29,712 nucleotides of DNA from a virus (taxonomy: Duplodnaviria > Caudoviricetes). Shown piece after piece: positions 7,660 through 16,382 of this stretch (position 1 is its first letter; every line of letters begins with the position of its first letter). The DNA lies in the IMG/VR virus record IMGVR_UViG_3300007670_000008, positions 1-29,712 of that record. One strand, written 5' to 3'. The translations under genes were made by a program, and so were the position numbers. Below the pieces are notes generated by a model. The model searched no databases and was not told the DNA's origin. It saw nothing but the letters and a program-made list of their open reading frames with translations.

Positions 7660-10364
7660 TGAAAAGAGAAGTAGGAATATTTATAGGAAAACAGACTACC
7701 GCTTCATTACCAACATGCGACTATACTTTTAATTTAAGATCAAACGGTCAAACCGCAGGAGCGCAGATACAATTAATAGCGGGTGGAGTTGTAACGCACA
7801 CATTAACATACACAAATATAAGTGGGGTTAATGAAGTTTCACAAATATTATCTTTAAACTCAAACACAAGTTATCAAGTTTGGTGGTACAATCCTGGCGC
7901 ATTTCCGACAAACGTAGGACTACAAATATTTGACGGAAGCGGAACTTTAATTTATGAATTGCCATTTAACACATCATGGCTTTTTGCAACTACATTATTT
8001 GTATTAATACCGAGTTGTCCTATTTTGGGAGAATTAGATTATTTTCGTTTAGAATTATTCAACGATGAAAAAATATCTGTTAGTTCAACGATCCAAAATA
8101 TATCTGATATATCTAAAATTTTTACGGACTTTTCGCAAGGCTTTACTATTCCGTGTTCACCGACAAATAACGCTATATTTCAACACTTTTACCAAAATGA
8201 TGTTGATGCAACTTTTGATTATCAAAACAGGCACGATGCCTATATTGAAATTGATACGGTTTTATTTAGGCGGGGCAAACTTCAACTCGAAAAAGCAAAT
8301 TTAAAAAACGGGAAAGCAAATAGTTACTCGGTTACTTTTTACGGAGCGGGAGTAAGTTTAAAAGACTTTTTCAATGAGGATAAATTAAACCAGTTAGATT
8401 TTTCAACATTAAACCACGATTACACAAGCCAAGAAATACACGACAGAATAACAATAGACAGCGCAACGACTGACTACAACGTCCGATACCCTTTGATAAC
8501 TTCCAAAAGACTCTGGCAATTTGGATCAAGCGTGCCAATTCCACAAGCCGACTGCCCCGAATGGTTTACTTATCCAGTAGACGACTCAAATAATATAGGA
8601 GCGGCAGCAGGACAAATAGTTTTTACAGAATTATTCCCTGCGGTTCGAGTTGCAAATATTTTTGATTTGATTGAAACAAAATACGGGATAACATTTAACG
8701 GTTTATTTTTAATTTCAGATTTTTTTAAAAAAGCATTTTTATGGTTTAAAAATAAGGACAAAGTAACATTAAATGGCGCTTCCGTTCCTTTGGATATGGT
8801 AAGCGTTGTGTATAGTAATTTGGGGCCGCAAACTGCATTTAATTTAACAAACAATACATTTAAAATAATACCCGCGTTGTCAAATGCTTCGTACACAGCA
8901 GAACACACATTGCAAATTTTTTGTACTACATTAAGCCCAGACGACCCGTTTGATTTTTATGTTGATGTTTACAAAAATGGTGTTTTTAGCCAAGCATTTA
9001 ATTACAACACGTTAATGCCGTATACTTTTAGCACCCCCACAACCGCACCTTTTTCAATAAGCATTAACAATTCTGATACCGCAGTTTTTTCTTTTAAAGT
9101 TCGAGGAATAACTCCGAATGCAATCGACTTCGATTTAAGATATACAAAACAAATTGTTTATACACTTGGAGGGTCGTTAAGTCCGGGAACAGCAATTTGT
9201 TCAACAACACAATTTACTTCGGGTTTTATTAATTTACAGCAAATGGCTCCCGATATGAAAATTTCTGATTTTGTTTCTGGTATCTGTAAAGAGTTTAATA
9301 TGACCGTTTACTCGAATGCGAAGAACGTTTTTACTTTTGACCCATTGCCGATTTGGTACGGAAGGGGAATTATAAGGGACATAACGAAATATACTGACGT
9401 TACAAGCATTGAAATTGAAAGGATGAAACTTTATAAGTCAATTGAGTTTAAATACGCCGACAGCGAATGTTTTATGAATAAAGCATTTTTAGAAAACCCT
9501 TTGAACATAGACGCACACGGTTACGGAAATGCTAAAATAGGTTTTGAATATGACGGCGGAGACTACAAAGTTGAAAGTCCTTTTGAAAACTTACTACAAA
9601 ATAATTTTGGAAATAATTTGCAGGTTGGTTATTGTTTAAATAAAGATTTTACGGCCTATGTTCCTAAACCCGTTTTATTGTATATGAATGAAGTTGCAAC
9701 GATAGACGCGGGCGACAAATATTATTACGATTTAAATGGTTATGCACAAGGTTTAAGTGATTACGTTCCATTTGGGCAAGACTCAAATATGACATTTGCA
9801 GCAAATGGAATTGAACCTGTAACGTTAAATTTCGGCGAAGAAATATCTACTTTTTATTTAGTTAATAACCCGAACACGCTATACAAACTTTATTATTCAA
9901 ATTACCTTGAAAATTTATATAACGTTAAAAATAGATTAGTAAAAGTTAAAACGATCCTGCCTGTTTCTATCTTGACAACTTTACAATTAAACGACCGACT
10001 AGTGATAAGAGACAAACGTTATTTAATAAACGAAATGCAAAGCGACCTAACAACAGGCGACGTAGACTTCACTTTAATAAGCGACTTCGAAGAAGTTAAA
10101 CCAATTAAATTAGTAGTTTCTCCAGTAGGAGCATCAAAACTACATAGGGAAGCAATTTATTTTAGTAATGGAGTTACACAAGTTGCAGTAACTAAAAGTG
10201 CAAATGCAAGTAACGTTACTTTGTCAAGTGCTAAATTTTCAAGCGAAGGATTTTTAACAATTACAGTCCCAGCAAATGCGGCGCGAGAAATTATAATTAC
10301 ATTAACAAGCGACTACGAAAACGGAAACACGGATACAAGCAACATAATAATAAAACAACAATGA
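7659..10364 (+). CDS. Large tail tip/baseplate hub protein
   Basis: 901 aa; LELFNDE..DISKIFTDFSQGFTIP N-terminal motif; beta-rich interior. Confidence 0.65.
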   Translation: MKREVGIFIGKQTTASLPTCDYTFNLRSNGQTAGAQIQLIAGGVVTHTLTYTNISGVNEVSQILSLNSNTSYQVWWYNPGAFPTNVGLQIFDGSGTLIYELPFNTSWLFATTLFVLIPSCPILGELDYFRLELFNDEKISVSSTIQNISDISKIFTDFSQGFTIPCSPTNNAIFQHFYQNDVDATFDYQNRHDAYIEIDTVLFRRGKLQLEKANLKNGKANSYSVTFYGAGVSLKDFFNEDKLNQLDFSTLNHDYTSQEIHDRITIDSATTDYNVRYPLITSKRLWQFGSSVPIPQADCPEWFTYPVDDSNNIGAAAGQIVFTELFPAVRVANIFDLIETKYGITFNGLFLISDFFKKAFLWFKNKDKVTLNGASVPLDMVSVVYSNLGPQTAFNLTNNTFKIIPALSNASYTAEHTLQIFCTTLSPDDPFDFYVDVYKNGVFSQAFNYNTLMPYTFSTPTTAPFSISINNSDTAVFSFKVRGITPNAIDFDLRYTKQIVYTLGGSLSPGTAICSTTQFTSGFINLQQMAPDMKISDFVSGICKEFNMTVYSNAKNVFTFDPLPIWYGRGIIRDITKYTDVTSIEIERMKLYKSIEFKYADSECFMNKAFLENPLNIDAHGYGNAKIGFEYDGGDYKVESPFENLLQNNFGNNLQVGYCLNKDFTAYVPKPVLLYMNEVATIDAGDKYYYDLNGYAQGLSDYVPFGQDSNMTFAANGIEPVTLNFGEEISTFYLVNNPNTLYKLYYSNYLENLYNVKNRLVKVKTILPVSILTTLQLNDRLVIRDKRYLINEMQSDLTTGDVDFTLISDFEEVKPIKLVVSPVGASKLHREAIYFSNGVTQVAVTKSANASNVTLSSAKFSSEGFLTITVPANAAREIIITLTSDYENGNTDTSNIIIKQQ

Positions 10365-10528
10365 TAAACCAAATAATTCAAATGCTTTTAATAAGCAACT
10401 TTTATGGAGAGAGCGAAACCATCGACATCGCAAAGGGAAAATATAAATTTACCACAAGCATAAGACAACAATTTAAACAGGCGATGAGACAAAAATTAAT
10501 GGAAAATAAACTAAAAAATAATGGCTGA
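10361..10528 (+). CDS. Small hypothetical protein (55 aa)
   Basis: ATGA overlap; MINQIIQMLL..IDIAKGKYK; fills gap before the tape measure gene. Confidence 0.6.
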   Translation: MINQIIQMLLISNFYGESETIDIAKGKYKFTTSIRQQFKQAMRQKLMENKLKNNG

Positions 10529-12656
10529 AAAAAGAGTAATAGAACTTGAAGTAAAGACAAACGCAGGAACCGCCGCCGCCGAAATAAGTGCGGTAGGAGT
10601 TTCATCCACAGCAGCCGCCGCAGGCGTTACAACACTAGGAAATGCCAGCGCAGCCACAGGTGCAAAAATGGGCACGTTTGGAGCGATTAAAACAGCGATC
10701 ACAGGATTAGTACCTGGCCTTAAAGCGGCAGAAGGTGGAGTAATGGGCTTAGGCGCACAATTTACAAAATTACTCGCTAACCCGATTGTTTTGCTTATTG
10801 CAGGAATTGTAGCAACGTTAAAACTTGTATATGAAGCCTTCCAATCAAACGTACAGGGGGGAAAAGATATAGCCGCAGTCTGGGAAGGATTAAGCGCAGT
10901 GGGAACACAAGTAAAAGACGCGGTAATGGGATTAGTGCGTGCTTTCGGATACGCAGTACAGGCCGCATACAAATTTATTACTTTAGATTTTAAAGGAGCA
11001 GCACAGGCGATCAAAAACGCAAACGGAGAAGCGGCTGCTTCATATAAACAATTAGGAGACGCGGCAAGTGGTAAAACTTTTCAAATTGTTAAAGCATTAG
11101 AAAAAGAACAACAAGCAAATAATAAAGCAAAAAAAGAACAGGCAGTAGCCCAGTCAGCAGTTAATAAATTACTCGTTCAATCAAGGGAAATCTTAACAGA
11201 CGAAACCGCGTCAATGGCTGATAAAAGAAAGGCACTAGCACAGGTAACAAAAGAGGAAACAAAAGCCGCCGCAGAACGCGTAAGAATAGCACAGGTAGAC
11301 CTTAACATTTTAAAAGCAAAAGCAAAGGCTCTAGGGGGACAAGCGGAAATAAAAATGAAGCAGGAAATACGCGAAGCCACAATAGCGTTAAACGAAGCCG
11401 AAACCGAAGGCGCAATGACGGGCATTAAATTAAACAGGCAAAAGAAAATGTTAGCGCGTCAAGAAACTAGCGACAACAAGGAAGCAATAGACGCGGGCAA
11501 GGAACGAGCAAAGGCAAACACGGATAAAGAAAAAGAACGAGTAAAAGAGCGGGAAGACACACTTAAAAAAATAAAAGATCTTGAACAAAGTTACAGCGAT
11601 AGTTTACTAAGCGAGGAAGCAAAAGAAATCGTAGGGGTTCAAAGAAAATACAAGGAACTATACGATCAAGCCGCTAAGCATAAATTAGACATATCGGAAT
11701 TAAAGAAACAGGAAGCCGCAGAAAAATTAAAAATTGAGGATAAGTACGACCAACAAATAAATGATAAAATCGCTGCACTTACCGACACCGAGCAACAAAA
11801 ACTATATGACGCTTATCAAAAAGAAGTAACTGCGGCAAAGGGTAATAAACTTTTATTAGAAGCACTCGAAGTTGATTACTTTAAAAAAAGAGACGCATTA
11901 ACAAAAGCAGAAAACGATAAGAAAGCCGCCGCCGATTTAAAGTTAAAAGAAATCTTATTAAGCGAGGGAGACTTTAAACTGCATAAATTAAATCTCGATT
12001 ACCAAGCACAACAACTTTTATATGCAGGGAACGAGGAAGCATTAAAAGCCCTTAACGAAAAATATAACAAGGACAAAATAAAAATAGAAACTGAAACTGC
12101 GGATAAACAAAAAGCAATAGACAAAGATGTCGCAGATAAAAAGAAGGCAACACTAGACCAGCAACTAAATTTAGTTAAAGGAAGTTTTCAGGCATTCGCG
12201 GACGTGGCTACCTTGTTCGCAGGTAAAAATAAGAAGGCACAAAAAACAGCGTTCGGAATACAGAAGGCGGCAAATATAGCGGCAACAACAATAGACACAT
12301 ATACAGCGGCAATGGCGGCATACAAATCGGCTTCGGCAGTTCCTGTTATTGGATCAGTTCTGGCACCAATTGCAGCAGCAGGAGCAGTGGCCGTAGGTTT
12401 AATGAACATTAAGAAAATAGCCGCGTCAAAGTTTGAAGGTGGCGGAACACCAAGCGCAGATACAGGTGGCGGTGGTGGCGGTGCAACTGCACCAACAATG
12501 AGCGCACCACAATTTAATGTAGTCGGTCAAAGCGGAGTTAATCAGTTAGCAAGTTTAGGCCAACAACCAGTACAGGCTTATGTTGTTTCGGGGCAAGTTA
12601 CATCACAGCAATCACTAGACAGGAATAGACTAGCCAACGCAACGCTCGGTGGATAA
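10521..12656 (+). CDS. Tape measure-like protein
   Basis: 711 aa; Ala/Gly-rich ends with hydrophobic segments and long Lys/Glu/Ala coiled coil. Confidence 0.75.
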   Translation: MAEKRVIELEVKTNAGTAAAEISAVGVSSTAAAAGVTTLGNASAATGAKMGTFGAIKTAITGLVPGLKAAEGGVMGLGAQFTKLLANPIVLLIAGIVATLKLVYEAFQSNVQGGKDIAAVWEGLSAVGTQVKDAVMGLVRAFGYAVQAAYKFITLDFKGAAQAIKNANGEAAASYKQLGDAASGKTFQIVKALEKEQQANNKAKKEQAVAQSAVNKLLVQSREILTDETASMADKRKALAQVTKEETKAAAERVRIAQVDLNILKAKAKALGGQAEIKMKQEIREATIALNEAETEGAMTGIKLNRQKKMLARQETSDNKEAIDAGKERAKANTDKEKERVKEREDTLKKIKDLEQSYSDSLLSEEAKEIVGVQRKYKELYDQAAKHKLDISELKKQEAAEKLKIEDKYDQQINDKIAALTDTEQQKLYDAYQKEVTAAKGNKLLLEALEVDYFKKRDALTKAENDKKAAADLKLKEILLSEGDFKLHKLNLDYQAQQLLYAGNEEALKALNEKYNKDKIKIETETADKQKAIDKDVADKKKATLDQQLNLVKGSFQAFADVATLFAGKNKKAQKTAFGIQKAANIAATTIDTYTAAMAAYKSASAVPVIGSVLAPIAAAGAVAVGLMNIKKIAASKFEGGGTPSADTGGGGGGATAPTMSAPQFNVVGQSGVNQLASLGQQPVQAYVVSGQVTSQQSLDRNRLANATLGG

Positions 12657-12659
12657 AAT

Positions 12660-12688
12660 ACAACAAACAAACAAAAACTTAATTAAAT
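12660..12688 (+). promoter_or_regulatory. Putative late promoter 2
   Basis: ACAACAAA-N13-AATTAAAT. Confidence 0.7.
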
Positions 12689-12692
12689 AGAT

Positions 12693-13277
12693 ATGCGAAT
12701 AGTAGAATTAATTATAGACGAAAAAGACGAGGAAAGCGGAATATCGGCAGTATCAGTAGTTGAAAGCCCAGCGATTGAAAGCGACTTTTTAGCACTAAAA
12801 AAACAAGAAGTAGAACTAAAAGAAGTTGATCCCGAAAAAAGAATTTTGATGGGGGCCGCGTTAATTCCAAACAAACAGATCTACCGCAAGAACGAAAAAG
12901 ACGAAGAATATTATATTTATTTTAGTGAAGCCACAATAAGAAAAGCAAGTGAATTATTTTTTATGAACTCAAACCAGAACAACGCAACTCTAGAACATAA
13001 GCAAAAGTTAGATGGAATGTCAGTCGTTGAAAGTTGGATCACCGAAGGCGAACATGACAAGTCTATGAATTACGGCTTTAACTTTCCGAAGGGAACATGG
13101 ATGATTTCAATGAAAGTAAACAACGATCAAATATGGAACAAAGTAAAACTTGGAGAAGTTAAAGGTTTTTCAATCGAGGGTTATTTTGCGGACAAATACG
13201 AAATGAGTTTAAAAAATGATGAGCAAATTTTAATGGATAAAATCAAAGAAATTATTTTAAATGGCGAAGCAAATTAA
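12693..13277 (+). CDS. XkdF-like prohead serine protease
   Basis: SVVESPAIE, ILMGAALIPN, TLEH, VESW, GTWM, KGFSIEG motifs. Confidence 0.8.
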   Translation: MRIVELIIDEKDEESGISAVSVVESPAIESDFLALKKQEVELKEVDPEKRILMGAALIPNKQIYRKNEKDEEYYIYFSEATIRKASELFFMNSNQNNATLEHKQKLDGMSVVESWITEGEHDKSMNYGFNFPKGTWMISMKVNNDQIWNKVKLGEVKGFSIEGYFADKYEMSLKNDEQILMDKIKEIILNGEAN

Positions 13278-13404
13278 CACTAAAATACATCTTAAAAAAC
13301 CAAAAGTTAAACGCGCAGGAGTACACGCAAAAACCAAAAATAGCAAACTAAAATCAAGTAAAAATTACGCAAAAACTTATACTCAACAAGGCCGTAAAGT
13401 ATAA
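13261..13404 (+). CDS. Small highly basic protein (47 aa)
   Basis: MAKQINTKIHLKKPKVKRAGVHAKTKNSKLKSSKNYAKTYTQQGRKV; overlaps protease end. Confidence 0.6.
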   Translation: MAKQINTKIHLKKPKVKRAGVHAKTKNSKLKSSKNYAKTYTQQGRKV

Positions 13405-13410
13405 AAAACA

Positions 13411-13543
13411 CAAAAACCACGAATGCGATTTAAAGCGATTTTTAAGCGATGTAACGAACTTAAACTTTGTGTGAAGGCGTTATACCTTTTTTAAGAGATC
13501 TGCGTTCTAGAGCGTGGGCGTGGCTTACAGAAGCACTAAAAAA
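13411..13543. repeat. Dispersed ~130-bp intergenic element, copy 2
   Basis: 70/88 identical without gaps to 752..839 over 13421..13508; similarity extends on both sides. Confidence 0.85.
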
Positions 13544-13553
13544 ACAAAACAAA

Positions 13554-13700
13554 ATGAGCAATAAAACTAAAAAACCAGTACAACAATCGCAAACTAGCCC
13601 TAAAGGTGGGCAACGAGCATGCCTGTGTAAAGACGGAAAAAAGTACAGTATTAAGTGTTGCGATGGCAGTCTCCAAGCACAAGGAATAGGACAAATTTAA
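13554..13700 (+). CDS. Small Cys-rich protein (48 aa)
   Basis: SPKGGQRACLCKDG..KCCDGSLQAQGIG; ATG after A-rich leader. Confidence 0.65.
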   Translation: MSNKTKKPVQQSQTSPKGGQRACLCKDGKKYSIKCCDGSLQAQGIGQI

Positions 13701-13709
13701 TTTGAAAAT

Positions 13710-13738
13710 ACAACAAATAAATAAAACCTAAATTATAT
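13710..13738 (+). promoter_or_regulatory. Putative late promoter 3
   Basis: ACAACAAA-N13-AATTATAT. Confidence 0.7.
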
Positions 13739-13760
13739 TAATATAACCAAAAACAGAAAA

Positions 13761-14345
13761 ATGAAAACAAGCGTAATCAACCAGATTAAAAGTTTACTAG
13801 GTATGGAAGTGAAACTAGAAACCATTAAATTAATTGACGGAATAACAATTTTTGAAGCCGACACATTCGAAACTGATAAAGAAGTTTTTATCATAACTGA
13901 AGACGAACAAAAAATACCTGTTCCGATTGGAGAGTACGAATTGGAAGATGGCCGCATTTTAGTAGTAGAAGTTGAAGGCATTATTTTAGAAGTAAAAGAT
14001 GCACCAACGGAAGAAGAAGTTGCACCAGAAGCAGAAGTTGCACCAGAAACAGAAGTAGAAGAAGAAGTAGAAGCAAGCGCAAAAAAGACGGTTGAAAGCA
14101 TTGTAAAAGAAACATTCTTTGCAGACATAGAAAAATTAAAAGCAGAAAACATAGAGTTAAAATCGAAATTAGAAAACTTGTCAAAAGTTAACGCAGTTGC
14201 AAATGAGGCAACCGAACTATCAGAAGTTAAACCTATTTCTTTTAACCCAGAAAACACGAATGAAATTGAAAGCGTACATTATGGATCAAAAAGACCACGA
14301 TCAACAATGGACTCAATCATGGATAAAATAAGTAAGTTAAAATAA
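13761..14345 (+). CDS. Putative capsid scaffolding protein
   Basis: Acidic with coiled coil, immediately upstream of the capsid gene. Confidence 0.65.
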   Translation: MKTSVINQIKSLLGMEVKLETIKLIDGITIFEADTFETDKEVFIITEDEQKIPVPIGEYELEDGRILVVEVEGIILEVKDAPTEEEVAPEAEVAPETEVEEEVEASAKKTVESIVKETFFADIEKLKAENIELKSKLENLSKVNAVANEATELSEVKPISFNPENTNEIESVHYGSKRPRSTMDSIMDKISKLK

Positions 14346-14373
14346 GTATAAACAATTTAAAAAAAATTAAAAA

Positions 14374-15309
14374 ATGCCAAATCCAGTAACAGCAGGTACC
14401 ACATACGCAGGCGAATTCGCAGGCAAGTACATCGCAGCAGCACTTCTAAGTGCTCCAACATTAGAGCAGGGTGGAGTTACAATACTTCCGAATGTAGCAT
14501 ACAAGCAGGTAATACAAAAAGTAGCAACAGGAACCATAGTAACCGATGCTTCGTGCGCATTTACTCCTTCGGGCACAGTAACACTTACCGAGAGCGTTTT
14601 AACAACAAAAGAACTACAAGTAAATATCGAACTTTGCAAGTCAGATCTTTTTCAAACTTGGCAATCGGCAGAACTTGGCTACAGCGGGTTTAAAACTTTG
14701 CCTAAAACATTTGCTGATTTCTTAATTGCACACGTTGCAGAAAAAGTAGCAGTGGCTACAGAAACAGCAATCTGGAGCGGAACAGCAACAACAGGTTCTT
14801 ATTTAGGTTTAAAAGCAAAATTAATCGCAGCAGGTGCGCCAGCAGTAACAACACCATTAGTAGGCGCGGCTTTAAACGCAGGAACAGTAATCGGAGAACT
14901 TGGAAGAATTGTAGATGCAATTCCCGCGTCACTTTACGGAAACGAAGGATTAAGAATTTATGTATCTCAAAAAATTGCTAAATTGTATGTTCGTGCACTT
15001 GGCGGTTTTGGAGCAAGTGGATTAGGAGCAGCAGGAGTAAACGCACAGGGAACGCAATGGTTCACAAACGGTTCACTTTCATTTGATGGCATTCCAATCT
15101 TCATGGCTAACGGACTAGGAGCAGACAATGCAATTGCAACAACAGTAGATAACTTGTATTTCGGCTGCGGACTTTTAAATTCGCAAAATGAAGTGAAAGT
15201 TTTAGACATGGCGGATCTTGACGGAAGCGCAAATGTTAGAGTAATTTTAAGATACAACGCAGGAGTTGAAATCGGATTTGCATCTGACGCGGTAACTTAC
15301 GGAGCATAA
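14374..15309 (+). CDS. Major capsid protein
   Basis: 311 aa; TTYAGEFAGKYI, LQVNIELCK, ETAIWSG; follows protease and scaffold, followed by a hairpin. Confidence 0.8.
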   Translation: MPNPVTAGTTYAGEFAGKYIAAALLSAPTLEQGGVTILPNVAYKQVIQKVATGTIVTDASCAFTPSGTVTLTESVLTTKELQVNIELCKSDLFQTWQSAELGYSGFKTLPKTFADFLIAHVAEKVAVATETAIWSGTATTGSYLGLKAKLIAAGAPAVTTPLVGAALNAGTVIGELGRIVDAIPASLYGNEGLRIYVSQKIAKLYVRALGGFGASGLGAAGVNAQGTQWFTNGSLSFDGIPIFMANGLGADNAIATTVDNLYFGCGLLNSQNEVKVLDMADLDGSANVRVILRYNAGVEIGFASDAVTYGA

Positions 15310-15313
15310 CATT

Positions 15314-15353
15314 AAATAAAAAGCGGAGCGTAAAAGTTCCGCTTTATTTTATT
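15314..15353 (+). terminator. Terminator-like hairpin after capsid gene
   Basis: AAAGCGGAGC/GTTCCGCTTT stem with T-rich tail. Confidence 0.65.
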
Positions 15354-15376
15354 CATAATATAAAAACACACATACA

Positions 15377-15955
15377 ATGGCTTGTGAATTAATAACACAC
15401 GGATACGCAGATGACTGCCAGAACAACGTAGGGGGAATTAAAGCAATTTATTTTCTTAACTACGGGGTTGTTTTAACACAACCAACAGCAAACTACGGCT
15501 CGGGCGATACGATCGACCAATTAAACACTTTAACACTAACACCAGCGGCTTCAACTTTGTACAAATACGAATTGAAAGGCGCGAATTCATTTGAACAAAC
15601 AATAACAAGTTCAAGGGAAAACGGTACTACATTTGTAGAGCAAAATTTAACATTTACAACAAAGGGTTTAACTGCTTCACAGACAAAGCAAATGAAACTA
15701 TTAGCGTGGGGAAGACCAACGGTTATAGTTCAATCATTTAGCAATAAATTCTTTTTAGCAGGCTTAGAAAACGGCTTAGACGTAGTTACAACAACTATAA
15801 CAAACGGAACAGCGATGAGTGACCTAGTGGGTTATACCGTTACGATGAAGGGCGAAGAAATTATACCAGCCAATCACTTAAACATTGCTGCGCCTTATGG
15901 CGACACGCAAATAAAAGCGGTAACAGGTGCAACTTCAATTATTACAACTACTTAA
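15377..15955 (+). CDS. Putative major tail tube protein
   Basis: 192 aa; C..NVGGIKAIYF, SRENGTTFVEQ, GYTVTMKGEE; beta-rich. Confidence 0.6.
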   Translation: MACELITHGYADDCQNNVGGIKAIYFLNYGVVLTQPTANYGSGDTIDQLNTLTLTPAASTLYKYELKGANSFEQTITSSRENGTTFVEQNLTFTTKGLTASQTKQMKLLAWGRPTVIVQSFSNKFFLAGLENGLDVVTTTITNGTAMSDLVGYTVTMKGEEIIPANHLNIAAPYGDTQIKAVTGATSIITTT

Positions 15956-15975
15956 TAATTAAAAAAATTATTTTT

Positions 15976-16005
15976 AAAGCCGTTCGAAAGTTCGGCTTTT
16001 TTTTT
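15976..16005 (+). terminator. Rho-independent terminator
   Basis: AAAGCCG..CGAAAG..CGGCTTT followed by T run. Confidence 0.8.
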
Positions 16006-16016
16006 GTTTTGAAAAT

Positions 16017-16045
16017 TGAACAAAAAGACAAAAATTTAATTATAT
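16017..16045 (+). promoter_or_regulatory. Putative late promoter 4
   Basis: TGAACAAA-N13-AATTATAT immediately after a terminator. Confidence 0.7.
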
Positions 16046-16049
16046 AAAT

Positions 16050-16382
16050 ATGATAGTATTAACACCTTCAACAACACCGCAAACGTTCAATTGCATACCA
16101 CGCGACAACACGTTTAACGTTATGCAAATAACAGACGAAGAAACAAATGTTACTACTACAATAACGATCACATCCAGAACCACAGGAAACTACATTTATA
16201 CAATAACAGCAAGTTACGCATTGATAGAAGGACACACCTATACTTTAGTTTTAAAGTTTGGAAATAATATAATTTTTAAAGACCGCATATTTTGCACCGC
16301 GCAACCATTAGTGACGTTTTCAGTTAACAACAATCAATACGTTTCTAATTCCACAACAAATGAATTTATAGTTTATGAGTAA
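16050..16382 (+). CDS. Small structural protein (beta-rich)
   Basis: 110 aa Thr-rich, overlaps portal start. Confidence 0.6.
   Translation: MIVLTPSTTPQTFNCIPRDNTFNVMQITDEETNVTTTITITSRTTGNYIYTITASYALIEGHTYTLVLKFGNNIIFKDRIFCTAQPLVTFSVNNNQYVSNSTTNEFIVYE

Noticed and set aside
8065-8304. Alternative-frame + ORF inside the tail tip gene (also 24708..24908)
   Set aside because: Nested in longer genes with no start context or slippery site noticed
742-13543. Diversity-generating retroelement TR/VR pair
   Set aside because: No reverse transcriptase, mismatches are not adenine-specific, and both copies are intergenic
13467-13553. GTG-start extension of the Cys-rich ORF
   Set aside because: Runs through the non-coding repeat; ATG 13554 has the A-rich leader
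14015-14075. GAAGTTGCACCAGAA tandem repeat
   Set aside because: Explained by the low-complexity EVAPE linker of the scaffold protein
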